A DNA stretch of 64,000 bases from an uncultured Planctomycetota bacterium (GTDB lineage Bacteria; Planctomycetota; Planctomycetia; Isosphaerales; Isosphaeraceae). Shown one piece after another: positions 1 through 9,898 of the stretch. The translations under genes were made by a program, and so were the position numbers. Location of the stretch: positions 1,024,001-1,088,000 of the forward strand of contig CAVTTN010000002.1 of assembly GCA_963737655.1 (NCBI GenBank), written 5' to 3'. The notes beneath the pieces are model-generated. The model made no database searches. It was not told where the DNA came from and worked only from the letters and a program-made list of their open reading frames with translations. Numbering within the stretch: position 1 is the stretch's first letter; every line of letters starts with the position of its first letter.

Positions 1-98
1 GCCGGGTGTACGTCGATCCGATGGGGGAGAAGCTCTCGGGCGGGCTGGTCAAGGCGCCGAAGATCACTTATGGCAAGGCGAACCAGATGTATGGATGA
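1..98 (+). CDS. 3' end of an unidentified gene entering from the left edge
   Basis: Frame from position 3 reads RVYVDPMGEKLSGGLVKAPKITYGKANQMYG* with GC3-rich codons; TGA at 96-98. Confidence 0.5.
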   Translation, partial: RVYVDPMGEKLSGGLVKAPKITYGKANQMYG

Positions 99-153
99 TG
101 CCACGAGAACGGCCCGATCCGCGAGCGCCCGCCCGGAGGGTCCCGAGAGGAAA

Positions 154-696
154 ATGCGCCCCCGGTGGACGATCCTGGGGCTGATCGCGGTCGTGTTCTT
201 GCTGGCCCTGGGGTTCGCGGCGGCCCGTTCCGGGACCTACTGGAGCTATCGCGCCCTGTATTCGGGGACGATCGTGGCCCTCCTGGGCGCGATCGTGGTC
301 GCCCGTTGCGAGGGCGCGGATCGGTCCCGGTTCGCGTTCGGATTCGCGGTCTTCGGCTCGGGATACGTCTTGATGGCCCTGGCGCCGTGGTATGAATGGG
401 GCGTTGATGCGAAGGGGCGGGATTCCGTCCTCCGGGTCAACCGCTGGCTGCTCACGAGCGAGCCGATCGCGGGGCTCGCCGAAGTCGTGAACGACCGGCT
501 CTCACCGGCCCCGACCCTCCCCCCGGGGCCGGTCTCGACGGAGTTCCGCCGGGCGGAGGCGGATTACTTCTCGCGACGGACCCACCTGATCGGGATCGGC
601 CACCTCCTCGCGGCCTGGGCGTCCGGGGCGCTCGGGGGACTGTTCGCCTCGGCGCTCGTCGGGCGGAGGCGAAGGCCCGGGGAGGTCGATGGATGA
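154..696 (+). CDS. Hypothetical integral membrane protein with planctomycete-type R-(F/W)-T-I N-terminal motif
   Basis: ATG at 154 after GAGG; MRPRWTILGLIAVVFLLALGFAAAR; about 4 hydrophobic helices; stop overlaps next ATG (ATGA). Confidence 0.75.
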   Translation: MRPRWTILGLIAVVFLLALGFAAARSGTYWSYRALYSGTIVALLGAIVVARCEGADRSRFAFGFAVFGSGYVLMALAPWYEWGVDAKGRDSVLRVNRWLLTSEPIAGLAEVVNDRLSPAPTLPPGPVSTEFRRAEADYFSRRTHLIGIGHLLAAWASGALGGLFASALVGRRRRPGEVDG

Positions 697-1148
697 AGCG
701 GTTCCGCGTGACGATCTTCGGCCTGATGGCCGTCGTGCTCGCCTCGGCCCTGGCGTTCGCGGCGCTGAAGACAGCCAATGTGCTGTGGCTCCTGGGCCTC
801 AGCGGGACGACCTGGCTGGCTCTGGCCGCGGTGAGCGTCGCCGCTCGGGTCCGACCGGGCCGCGAGGGGACGTTCTGGTTCGGGGCCGCAGTCTTCGGTT
901 GGGTCGCCTTCCTGCCTCTGCAACCGCCATTCGCGAGCGAACTGAATCCAGTGTTCGACCTCTGTGAGTGGATCGCCTCGGCCCTCACGCCGGACCCTCC
1001 GCCGGGACCGGTGAATGTCGGTGACGTGGAAAACCGGGCGGGACTGTTGATCTGGATCCTGGGCGACTTGATCGCGTGGGGTTCGGCCCTGATCGGCGGC
1101 CTCTTCGCCCTTTTGATCCGCCCGAGGGAACGGAAGGAGCCTTCATGA
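693..1148 (+). CDS. Hypothetical integral membrane protein, similar architecture to the upstream gene
   Basis: MKRFRVTIFGLMAVVLASALAFAALK; FWFGAAVFGW resembles FAFGFAVFGSGY of the upstream gene; ATGA coupling at both ends. Confidence 0.75.
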   Translation: MKRFRVTIFGLMAVVLASALAFAALKTANVLWLLGLSGTTWLALAAVSVAARVRPGREGTFWFGAAVFGWVAFLPLQPPFASELNPVFDLCEWIASALTPDPPPGPVNVGDVENRAGLLIWILGDLIAWGSALIGGLFALLIRPRERKEPS

Positions 1149-1648
1149 GGTCGGTGCCGGTCCTGGCGACGATCGCGCTGGCCTCGGGCGCGGCCCTGGC
1201 GGTCCAGGTGGGGATGAACAATGCGTTGCGGGCCCGGGTCGGCCATCCGATGCTGGCGGCCCTGGTCTCGTTCGCCGTGGGGACGACCGTCCTGGCCGTT
1301 TATGCGTTGATCGCCCGGCCATCGCTCCCGGATCGCTCCGCATTGGTCGAAGGGCCGTCGTGGATGTGGCTCGGCGGGGTGGTGGGGGCGGTGTATGTGG
1401 CGTGCGCGGCCGCGTTCGCCGCGAGGCTCGGCGCGGCGGCGTGGCTGGCCCTGATCGTGACCGGGCAGATCCTCGCGTCGCTGGTGATGGACCATTTCGG
1501 GCTCGTCGGCTTCCCCCGGAGGCCGATCAGCCCGACTCGCCTGATCGGCGCGCTCCTGCTGCTGATCGGGGTGGCGATGGTGTTGAAACCCTCGGCCGCC
1601 CGACGGCCCGAACCGGCGCCGGCCGAGGCCGGCGAGGCGCCTCGCTGA
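1145..1648 (+). CDS. DMT-superfamily small transporter (YdcZ/DUF606-like)
   Basis: AVQVGMNNAL, ALVSFAVG, WMWLGGVVGA, GQILASLVMDHFGLVG motifs typical of YdcZ. Confidence 0.88.
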   Translation: MRSVPVLATIALASGAALAVQVGMNNALRARVGHPMLAALVSFAVGTTVLAVYALIARPSLPDRSALVEGPSWMWLGGVVGAVYVACAAAFAARLGAAAWLALIVTGQILASLVMDHFGLVGFPRRPISPTRLIGALLLLIGVAMVLKPSAARRPEPAPAEAGEAPR

Positions 1649-1661
1649 CCCTCTCGGCTCA

Positions 1662-1790
1662 TCATTTGCCGATCATCTTGGACAGGCCCACGATCGCCAC
1701 GCCGATCACGATCACGCTCGTGCCGACCCAGCGGGTGATGTTCACGTCCTCGCCCAGGTAGTACTGGGCCATCAGGGCCTTCAAGACGAT
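1662..1790 (-). pseudogene. C-terminal fragment of an EamA/DMT-like membrane protein
   Basis: ALMAQYYLGEDVNITRWVGTSVIVIGVAIVG matches the LGE..RW.G..I.G end of EamA repeats; no plausible N-terminal part upstream. Confidence 0.5.
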
Positions 1791-2143
1791 ATCACCACCG
1801 CGACGCCCAGGATCCCCATCACGCCCCACTTCCCGCCCATGGCGCCCTCCCGGCTCCGATCCGAACTCGGCCTCCCCGGGGCGGTCCTTGCGAATCATGG
1901 ACCAATTCGGAGGCGAGTGCGCGAAGACCAATCGGAGGAGGCGATCCGAGCCGAGCCGGTCATTCAACCTCGGCGACGATCCTCTTCGGGCCGCGCGGGT
2001 CCTTCGTCGGATTCGTGCGGTCGATCCGGAAGTCGAGGTCCTCCATCACGATGGCGCGGTCCAGGGGATGAGAGCGGCCCGGCGCCTTGGGAGGGCGCCG
2101 GGCCGGAAAGTCGCTCTTCGAGGGATTGCAGGTCGGCCGCGGC

Positions 2144-3613
2144 TCAGCCGAACAGGCCGAGGACCGGCGCCGCCTTCACCAGCTCTCTCGGCTGGTTCAG
2201 GTGGTTGTACATCAGCGTGGCAGGGTCGATGCCCAGGGCGTGGTAGATCGTCGCGAGGACCTCGGTCGGGTGCACCGGGTTCTCGATCGGCGAGGAGGCG
2301 TGCTCGTCGCTCTTGCCGAAGACGCCGCCCCGCTTGATCCCGGCGCCGGCGATGCAGGCGGTGTAGCAGTACGGCCAGTGGTCGCGGCCGTCGGGCGCGT
2401 TGCCGTTGCCCGAGGTCGAGACGCCCATCCGGGGCGACCGGCCGAATTCGCCGATGGCGACCACCAGGGTCTCGTCCAGGAGGCCGCGGCCGTCGAGGTC
2501 CTCGATCAGGGACGTCAGCGCCGAGTCGAGCTTCGGGCAGTGGAGCTCCTTCAGCGGCTTGAAGTTCGCCGCGTGGGTGTCCCAGGCGGTCGAGTTCGGG
2601 TCGCCGTTGGCCACGCTCGGCCAGTTCAACTGGACGAACCGGGTGCCGGCCTCGATCAGCCTCCGCGAGAGCAGCGCGCCCTGGCCGAAGGCGTGGCGGC
2701 CGTACTTGTCGCGGGTCTTCGGGTCCTCGGCGTCGAGGTCGAACGCCTTGCGGGCCCGGCCCGAGAGGATCAGGTCGAACGCCTTGGCCTGGTAGCTGTC
2801 CAGGGCGGAGCTGGAGGCCGCCTTCTCCAGCTCGGGCATGCCGTCGTTGATCGTCGCGACGAGGCCCTTGCGCCTCTTCAGGCGAAGCTCGGAGACCTCG
2901 GGCCGGCGGGTCAGGTCGTCGATGTTCACGCGACCATTCGCCAGCTCGTTCTCCTGGAACATGTAATACGGATCGTACTTCTTGCCCAGGAACCCGGCGT
3001 TCCCGGCCTTGCCGATCACGTTCGACTCCTGGAGAGGGCGGGGCAGCATCACGAACGGGAGCATGGCCTCGCTCGGCGGCTTGAGCTTGACCACGTTCGA
3101 GCCGACGTTCGGGTAGTCGGCCGGGCTGGGCGGGTCGAGCTGGCCGGACGGGCTGACCTTGTCGGGCGTGTAGCCGGTGAGCATCTGGTACATGGCCGCC
3201 GTGTGGTTGAACAGGCCGGCGGGCGTGTAGCTCATCGAGCGGATCATCGTCAGCTTGTCGGTGATGCTCGCGAGCTTCGGCATATGTTCGCCGAAGAAGA
3301 GGCCGGGGGTCTTCGTGGCGATGGGCTTGAAGAGGCCGCGGATGTTGTCGGGGGCGTCGGGCTTGGGGTCCCAGAGGTCGATGTGGCTGGGGCCGCCCTG
3401 GAGGAACAGGAGGATCACGTTCTTGGCCCGGCCGAACCCGGGCATGGTCTTCGGCGGCTGGGCGGACGTCCCCTCGGCGGCCGAGAGCCGGCCCTGGAGC
3501 CGCAACACCTGGGGCAGCGACAGGCCGAGCAGGCTCGCCCCGCCGACCCTGAGGAACTCGCGGCGGCTCGGGCCGTCGCACAACCGGGCCGACTGGCCGG
3601 GGATCGAGAGCAT
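2144..3613 (-). CDS. DUF1501 domain protein with Tat-like leader
   Basis: SRREFLRVG leader; LFLQGGPSHIDLWDPKP, WDTH, GEFGRSP, GRDHWP motifs. Confidence 0.92.
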   Translation of the reverse strand: MLSIPGQSARLCDGPSRREFLRVGGASLLGLSLPQVLRLQGRLSAAEGTSAQPPKTMPGFGRAKNVILLFLQGGPSHIDLWDPKPDAPDNIRGLFKPIATKTPGLFFGEHMPKLASITDKLTMIRSMSYTPAGLFNHTAAMYQMLTGYTPDKVSPSGQLDPPSPADYPNVGSNVVKLKPPSEAMLPFVMLPRPLQESNVIGKAGNAGFLGKKYDPYYMFQENELANGRVNIDDLTRRPEVSELRLKRRKGLVATINDGMPELEKAASSSALDSYQAKAFDLILSGRARKAFDLDAEDPKTRDKYGRHAFGQGALLSRRLIEAGTRFVQLNWPSVANGDPNSTAWDTHAANFKPLKELHCPKLDSALTSLIEDLDGRGLLDETLVVAIGEFGRSPRMGVSTSGNGNAPDGRDHWPYCYTACIAGAGIKRGGVFGKSDEHASSPIENPVHPTEVLATIYHALGIDPATLMYNHLNQPRELVKAAPVLGLFG

Positions 3614-3694
3614 CGCGGGGGCCTCCGGGAAAAGGGAGCGGCAGGTCGGTATCCATGTAAGATCGGGCCCGGCCAGGCGCGACCGGGAGACGGT

Positions 3695-4399
3695 TCAGTC
3701 GAGGGTCAGGATCTCGGCGACGGAAAGCCGGCCGAGGTCTCTCCCCTCGAGGCGGAACGGCACCGAATCGGCGAGGCCATGGTCCTCGCGGCGACGGTAA
3801 TCGGGCGAGGCGTCGGGGCCGGTCGGGTCGGTGTAGGCCTCCACCCGGTTGTCGATCAGGTTGACGATCCAGTACTCGGCGATCCCCGCCGCGGCATAGC
3901 GGGCCTTCATGACGGTCCGATCGGCGCGGAGAGAGCTTTCGGAGACCTCGATCACGATCGCGACGTCCTGGGCGGAGACGCGACGGTGGCGATAATCCCT
4001 CGGGCGGCCCCGGACGACCTGGAAATCGGGCTCCGGTTCCCCCCGGGTCGAGACCACGACCGGATTCTGATTCGACAGGTGCCAGCCCTCCGGCATGAGC
4101 CTCACGAGCATCGGCGTAAGGTTGTCCATGGCGATCACGTGGGGCGCATTCTTCGTCATCTTGTGGACCAGGAGCCCGTCGATCAGGAAGACCCGTTCGT
4201 CCGGGTCGAGGATCTCGGATGCCGCCAGGCGATGGTATTGCTCGACCGTGAACTGGTAGAGCCGGAACCCCTCATACGCCGGATCGGGACCGGACGACAG
4301 GCCCGGCGCCCCGGCCGTGAACCCGGCGCGGGGGGCCGCGACGCCCTCGGGCAAGGTCGTCAAGGGGAGCGGTTCGGTCGTCGGGTGGACGGTGGCCAT
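3695..4399 (-). CDS. Uma2 family (PD-(D/E)xK) putative endonuclease
   Basis: FTVEQYHRL, LIDG, EPEPD, VIEVSESSL..DR..K..YAAAGIAEYWIVNL. Confidence 0.88.
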   Translation of the reverse strand: MATVHPTTEPLPLTTLPEGVAAPRAGFTAGAPGLSSGPDPAYEGFRLYQFTVEQYHRLAASEILDPDERVFLIDGLLVHKMTKNAPHVIAMDNLTPMLVRLMPEGWHLSNQNPVVVSTRGEPEPDFQVVRGRPRDYRHRRVSAQDVAIVIEVSESSLRADRTVMKARYAAAGIAEYWIVNLIDNRVEAYTDPTGPDASPDYRRREDHGLADSVPFRLEGRDLGRLSVAEILTLD

Positions 4400-4422
4400 C
4401 GGTTCGCCTCGCGCACTCGGGG

Positions 4423-6819
4423 TCACCGATTGAACAGGAACGCCGGGCTGTTGATCAGGGCCCACAGGAGGTCCTGCGCCCCTTCCGCCTTGCTGTCGGC
4501 CTTCGCGAGATAGTCGATCGCCTTGGTCAGCTCGTCGGGCCGGGGGAACCTTGACAGGGCGGCGAGGTACATCTCCTCGACGATCGCCTTGTCGTCGGGA
4601 TTCGTCTTCAGGAGCTTGCTGATCCGGCCGTTGGGGTCGATCAGGGCGTCGGCGATCGTCGGGCCGTTCAGGAGGTTCAGCGCCTGGGAGAGGCTGACCT
4701 CGCTCGATCGCTCGCACTCGCACGGGGTGTCGCGGGTCGGTCGGCCGAAGAGGTCGAGGAACGTCCCGCCGACCTGCGAGTCGGGCAACTGGTCGGCCCG
4801 GAACCCGACGGGCACGCCCGCGAATTGCGGCCTCCGACCGGCCGCCTGGTCGATCGCGTCGAGCAGCTCCTCGGCCGTGAGCCTCCGGGGTGTCGCGTGC
4901 GAGAAATTGGTCGCGTCGTCGGCGTTGAACTTGTTCGTGTTGATCGACGCCTGATACGTCCTCGATCGCGCGATCGTCCTCATCAGATGCTGGAGGTCGA
5001 AGTTGTGCGCGAGGAAGTCCTTTTCGAGGGCGTCGAGCAGCTCGGGGTTGCTCGGCGGGTTGCTGGAGCGGATGTCGTCCACCGGGTCGATGATCCCCCG
5101 GCCGAGGAAGTAGCTCCACACCCGGTTGACCACCGAGCGGGCGAAATAGGGGTTCTCCGGCGCGGTCAGCCAGTCGGCCAGCTGCTCCCGGCGGGAGACG
5201 TTCTTGGCGACCTTGCCGGGATGGTCGTAGGGGAAGGTCGGCGGCATCACCCGGCCGTCCTTGGGGTGGGTGACCTCGCCGCCGCCCTGGTCGAACACGA
5301 CCTGCTCGCCCGGGGTCATCCCGCCCTTGGTGCCGACCTGGCCCCAGAACGCGGCCATCCCGTAGTACTGGTTCTGGGTCCACCGCTCGAAGGGATGATC
5401 GTGGCACTTGTTGCACGAAAAACGGATGCCGAGGAACAATTGGGTGGCGTTTTCGAGGGCGACGGTCGGCTCCTTCTGCGCCCGGTAGTAGTTCACCGCC
5501 GGGTTCTCGATCGAGCCTCCCCGGGCGGTCATCAGCTCGCGGACCATGCGGTCATACGGCATGTTCGTGGCGACCGCCTTCTCGATCCAGCGGTCGAACG
5601 CCCAGGTCGCCTTGTCGCCCAGGAGCTTGCGGTTGGCCTGGAAGAGGTCGGCCCATTTGTGGGTCCAGTGCGACACGAACTCGGGGCTGCCGATCATCGC
5701 GTCGATGGCCCGGTTCCGCTTCTCGACCGGATCGGCCTTGTCGGCCAGGAACGCCCGGACCTTTTCCGGGGTCGGCGGGAGGCCGGTCAGGTCGATCGAC
5801 GCCCGGCGGAGGAACTCCTCGTCGGAGCAGGTGTCCGAGGGGAGGATCTTGACCTTCTGCAGCTTCTGATGAACGAGCGTGTCGACGTCATTATTCTCGG
5901 GCCGGGGCGTCCACTGGTAGCCCGAGCGGTCGCCCATCACCGTGACGTTGTCCACGCCGTAAACGCCCTCGTAGCGGACGAGGATCGACGCCTCCCCTCG
6001 GCGCACCGAGGTGACGAGGCCCGAGGCGGTCACGGTGGCGACGTCGGGGATGCTGCTGGTGAACACGGCGTCGCCGGTCACGTCGCGAGAGGCGCCGTCG
6101 GGGTAGTGCGCGAGCACCAGCATCTGCTGGGACTGGCCCTCCCTCGCCAGGTCGATCGTCGGCGGGAAGACCTCCAGCCGGGCCGCCCGCGAGGTCCTGC
6201 CGACATCCGAGACCACCCCCTCGGCGATCCAGTCGCGGAGGAGGGCATATTGCGAGGACTCGGGAGGGAGGACGTAGCCGCCCTCGTGGGGGACGTTCGC
6301 CGAGGGCTTCAGGAGCATCAGCGACTGGTCGGGCGCCGAGCGGTTGAACCGGCGGCCGGCGAGGTCGTCCACGAGCTGGGCGTAGTCGTAATCGGGGTCA
6401 TACCCGCGGAGGCTGAGCTTGAAGCCTTTCTTGCCCTTGGCCGAGCCGTGGCACGTCCCGGCGTTGCAGCCGATCCGCGACAGGGTGGGCATCACGTCTC
6501 GGACGTAGCTGACCGGCTTCGGGGCCTCGGCCCCTTTCACCTCGATCGGCAGCTCGGCCGTCCGGCCGCCCGCCGCGACCCTCATCACCGACTTGCCGTC
6601 CTTCTTCGGGTGGAAGAAGCCGGACGAGTCGAGCGTCACCGCTTCCGAGGCGTCAAACACGGCCTCGCGGGTCAGGTCGATGGTCGAGCCGTCGGCCATC
6701 ACGCCCGAGACGATGACTCGTCGGGCGTCTCGGGGGCCGTCGAGCGTCAGGGACGCCGGGGTGATTCGGAGGGCCGTCGGGGAGTCGCCCACGAGGGCCA
6801 GCAGGAGCAGGAATGGCAT
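4423..6819 (-). CDS. DUF1549/DUF1553 (PSD1) protein with Ig-like domains
   Basis: GCNAGTCHG, FLRRASIDLTGLPPT, CNKCHDHPFE, VNRVWSYFLGRGIIDPVDD, PSNPELLDAL, CECER. Confidence 0.92.
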   Translation of the reverse strand: MPFLLLLALVGDSPTALRITPASLTLDGPRDARRVIVSGVMADGSTIDLTREAVFDASEAVTLDSSGFFHPKKDGKSVMRVAAGGRTAELPIEVKGAEAPKPVSYVRDVMPTLSRIGCNAGTCHGSAKGKKGFKLSLRGYDPDYDYAQLVDDLAGRRFNRSAPDQSLMLLKPSANVPHEGGYVLPPESSQYALLRDWIAEGVVSDVGRTSRAARLEVFPPTIDLAREGQSQQMLVLAHYPDGASRDVTGDAVFTSSIPDVATVTASGLVTSVRRGEASILVRYEGVYGVDNVTVMGDRSGYQWTPRPENNDVDTLVHQKLQKVKILPSDTCSDEEFLRRASIDLTGLPPTPEKVRAFLADKADPVEKRNRAIDAMIGSPEFVSHWTHKWADLFQANRKLLGDKATWAFDRWIEKAVATNMPYDRMVRELMTARGGSIENPAVNYYRAQKEPTVALENATQLFLGIRFSCNKCHDHPFERWTQNQYYGMAAFWGQVGTKGGMTPGEQVVFDQGGGEVTHPKDGRVMPPTFPYDHPGKVAKNVSRREQLADWLTAPENPYFARSVVNRVWSYFLGRGIIDPVDDIRSSNPPSNPELLDALEKDFLAHNFDLQHLMRTIARSRTYQASINTNKFNADDATNFSHATPRRLTAEELLDAIDQAAGRRPQFAGVPVGFRADQLPDSQVGGTFLDLFGRPTRDTPCECERSSEVSLSQALNLLNGPTIADALIDPNGRISKLLKTNPDDKAIVEEMYLAALSRFPRPDELTKAIDYLAKADSKAEGAQDLLWALINSPAFLFNR

Positions 6820-6830
6820 GGTGATATCCT

Positions 6831-6851
6831 GGAGGGTGCATGAATTGCACC
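6831..6851. repeat. Single REP-like hairpin (GGAG-GGTGCA-n-TGCACC)
   Basis: ggagggtgcatgaattgcacc, nearly identical to gtagggtgcatgaaatgcacc at 18960. Confidence 0.6.
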
Positions 6852-6882
6852 GGGCATCCCGGGTTGCGAAGGAGCGATCCCA

Positions 6883-8280
6883 TCAAGGCGTCAGGGGCAC
6901 CGGCACGAAGCTCGCGACGGGGTTGCCCGTCGCCGGATCGAACAGTTTGACCGGCCCCTCGAACCCTCCCACGGCGACCCTGGAGCCGTCGGGCGAGAAG
7001 GCGATGGCAAAAATCCCGCCGGGGAGGTTCTTGAGCGTGGCGAGACGGGCGCCGTCGGCCGCGTTGTAAATGCGCACTTCCCCGCTCGTCCCGCCGACGG
7101 CGATCCGGGCGCCGTCGGGGGCGAACGCCACGGCCGAGATCGGCCCGCCGGGCTGCGTTTCGAACGCCTTCAACAGGTTGAAATCGGTGTAATTCATGTC
7201 GCGGGCCTGGGTGCGGAAGACCTTGTAGAGCCTCGGCACCCGCTCGTCCCCGCCGATCACGAGCTGGTCGGCCTTCGGGTTCCTCGCCAGGACTTTCAAT
7301 TCCCCGTAATTCTTGCCGATATCATCAATGAACGATCCCGTGGCCGCCTCGATCAGCTTGATCGAGCCGTCCCGGCCGAGGGTGATCAGGTTCTTGCCGT
7401 CGAGCGAGAAGGCGGTGGCGAAGACCCAGTCGGAATGCTGGTCGACCCGGAGGATCTCCTTGCCCGACTCGACCTCGACGATCCTCGCCGAGTTGTCCGC
7501 GCAGCCGAAGGCGAACTTCTTGCCGTCGGGCGTGAAGGCGCCGCCGTACAGGGTGTCATATCCGGTGCGGATCGCATGCTTGAGCTTGAACGTCCTGGCG
7601 TCCCAGAACTGGACCTCGCCGAACCTCCCGGGGGAGCCGCCGACGGTGGCCAGGATCGAGCCGTCGGGCGAATAGACGAGGCTCTCGATCCTCTGGGATT
7701 GCCCCACCAGGCGGTGGAGCAGGCCGGAGCCGTCGCTCTTGTGGATCAAGACCTCGCGATAGCCGGACACGGCGAGGGTCTGGCCGTCGGGCGAGTAGGC
7801 GAGGGCGGTCGTCAGCGGGGCGACCTTGTAGATGGGGGGGTGGTCGGCGTCGATGGCGTCCTTCGCGGAGGGCGGGGTGTCGTCCTTCGCGCCCTGGGCG
7901 ATCCATCGCTTGACGAGGGCGACCTCGTCCTTCGTCATCGGGGCGCCCATCGGGGGCATGATCGGCTTGTCGCCGTCGATCTGATCGACCAGGGTGCTCT
8001 CGTCGGGCTTGCCCAGCTCGACCCCGGCCCCGGTCTTGCCGCCCTTGAGGAGGGCCTCGAAGGAGGTCAGGTCGAGCTTGCCCTGCGCCTTCGCCGGCTG
8101 GTGGCAGCCCTGGCACTTGCGCTGGAGGATGGGCATGACCTGGCGGGCGAAGCTGACCGGGGCGTTGGGATCGACGGCCGGGGCCTTGGCCGGGTCATCG
8201 GCCCGGGTCGGGGCCGCGATCATCAGGGACGCCGCGACGATCGCCAGGGCAGGGGGTCCGAGGCGGGAGGGCCGGATCAT
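6883..8280 (-). CDS. Planctomycete cytochrome c (PSCyt1) plus WD40-repeat protein
   Basis: Signal peptide; VSFARQVMPILQRKCQGCH (CxxCH), MPP, WIAQGA; repeated (Y/F)SPDG WD40 motifs. Confidence 0.9.
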   Translation of the reverse strand: MIRPSRLGPPALAIVAASLMIAAPTRADDPAKAPAVDPNAPVSFARQVMPILQRKCQGCHQPAKAQGKLDLTSFEALLKGGKTGAGVELGKPDESTLVDQIDGDKPIMPPMGAPMTKDEVALVKRWIAQGAKDDTPPSAKDAIDADHPPIYKVAPLTTALAYSPDGQTLAVSGYREVLIHKSDGSGLLHRLVGQSQRIESLVYSPDGSILATVGGSPGRFGEVQFWDARTFKLKHAIRTGYDTLYGGAFTPDGKKFAFGCADNSARIVEVESGKEILRVDQHSDWVFATAFSLDGKNLITLGRDGSIKLIEAATGSFIDDIGKNYGELKVLARNPKADQLVIGGDERVPRLYKVFRTQARDMNYTDFNLLKAFETQPGGPISAVAFAPDGARIAVGGTSGEVRIYNAADGARLATLKNLPGGIFAIAFSPDGSRVAVGGFEGPVKLFDPATGNPVASFVPVPLTP

Positions 8281-8594
8281 GGGGCGACCTCAGCGGGCGG
8301 GAATCGGCGGGGTGGGGCGGGGAGAGGACCGGGCGGCCTCTCGCAGGGCTCGCCGGGGGGCTCAAAACCTCGGACGGTCACCCTCCACTCTAGCGAGCCC
8401 GTCGCCAAGATCAACCGAAAAGTTAAACAATCCGGCCGCGGCGTCGCCGGGTTGCGGCCCTCGATTCGGGAGATCCCTCGCGAGCGAGGGCCGAAACGGG
8501 CGCCCCGGTCGTCGAACCGGGGCGGCGGCGCCAGGAGAGGCCCGGGGACGCTCGATCCCTCCCTCGGACCTCGGGGCCTCGGCGCGAAACGGCT

Positions 8595-9551
8595 TCACTC
8601 CGCCGCCGAGTCCCGGCCGCGAGCCTCGGGGGCGGCCTTGAGGGCTTTTTCGACCTTCTCGATGTCGGCGGCATCCATCTTGCGCGCGGTCTTCTTCAAC
8701 ATGGCGACGAAGTGGGCGATCTCCTCGGGCGCGGCCGGGTATCCGATGTTCCCCTTCGGGCCGTCGCCGTTGATCAGCACCTCGCCCCGGGCGTCGAGGA
8801 TCGCCATCCAGGGGATGCCGCCCTCCGCGTTCTTGCGGTACTTCGCCTCGACCTCCTTGCCGCCTTCCATGCGATCGACGTCGATCTTCACGTCCACGAA
8901 GTCCTTGCCGAGCGCGGCCTTCATGTCGTCCCGGGCGAGGAAGTCGTCGAGCTTGTGGCACCAGCCGCACCACGGGGCCCCGAAGTGCAGGAGGACGCGC
9001 TTGTCCTCGCCGGCGGCCTTGGCCAGCGCCGCGTCGAGCACCTTGGAGGCCACCTGCGGCTCGGGCGCCCACTTCTTCAGGAAGGCGCGGACTTTTTCCG
9101 GGTCGTGATGGTCGCCTTCTTCCAGGGGGCCGGTCGGCTGGCGGGTCAGGAGATTGCCGTCGGCGTCGAGAACGGCGAGGAACGGATAGCCGACTCGGGA
9201 GAGATCGCCGCGGCACTCCGTGAGCAATTCCTCGGCGTGCGGGGCCTTCGTGTCCACCATCACGAGCTTGTAGTCGTCTCGGAGGGCCTTGGCGATTTGC
9301 GGGTTCGAGCGGAAGAGGTCGTGGAGCTTGTGGCACCAGCCGCACCAGTCGCCGCCGAACATGACCAGCAGGCGTTGATTCTCCCGCCGGGCGATCGCGC
9401 CGGCCGTCTTGACCTGCTCCCGGGCGTCGAGCTTGGGGTCGTAGATCGAGGGCCGGGCCTTCGCCTGGGTTGGCTTCGGGGCCTCCTGGGCCGTCGCCGC
9501 GACGACCGGCAGACCGAGCAGGGCGACCAGGGCGAATCGATGAGCGCGCAT
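8595..9551 (-). CDS. Exported tandem thioredoxin-family protein
   Basis: Signal peptide; two WCGWCHKL active sites; GYP and GIP cis-Pro loops. Confidence 0.88.
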   Translation of the reverse strand: MRAHRFALVALLGLPVVAATAQEAPKPTQAKARPSIYDPKLDAREQVKTAGAIARRENQRLLVMFGGDWCGWCHKLHDLFRSNPQIAKALRDDYKLVMVDTKAPHAEELLTECRGDLSRVGYPFLAVLDADGNLLTRQPTGPLEEGDHHDPEKVRAFLKKWAPEPQVASKVLDAALAKAAGEDKRVLLHFGAPWCGWCHKLDDFLARDDMKAALGKDFVDVKIDVDRMEGGKEVEAKYRKNAEGGIPWMAILDARGEVLINGDGPKGNIGYPAAPEEIAHFVAMLKKTARKMDAADIEKVEKALKAAPEARGRDSAAE

Positions 9552-9673
9552 CGCGAGGGGCCTCCATCCGGGGAAGGGTCGGTGGTGGGTCAGGGTAGCC
9601 GAACGCCCCCGGACCGGGCAACGAAATTCTTCGGTGATCGTCGAGGAGGCCGGGCGATTTCGAGTCGTCCCGA

Positions 9674-9762
9674 CCGGCTGGCGTGCTTACGTCTTCGGAA
9701 GCATGTCTTTGGCCAAATTTGAACTGAAGTCATGCTCACGAAGACGTAAGCATGCCACCCGG
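9674..9762. repeat. REP-doublet (REPIN/BIME-like) palindrome, GGGTGGCATGCT family
   Basis: Inverted arms ..ggcgtgcttacgtcttcggaagcatg / catgctcacgaagacgtaagcatgccacccgg; second copy at 43013-43103. Confidence 0.8.
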
Positions 9763-9898
9763 CCCTTGGCGGAATCCGGGACCGTCCCTTACCATCAACT
9801 TCGGAACGAATCCGCCGGAATCCTGTATCCGACGCCCGACCCGGCGGCAGTACTTTCCAGACCGACCGCGAGAGAGAGCCAGAAGGGGGCCGACGCTC

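Noticed and set aside
2087..4513. Long antisense and alternate-frame ORFs (also 4825-6843, 39569-41980, 58035-60590 and others)
   Set aside because: Shadow ORFs of high-GC genes with no recognisable motifs
6852..6867. Sigma54-like site gGGcatcccgggttGC
   Set aside because: Spacer is 11 nt rather than 10, and it points against the local genes
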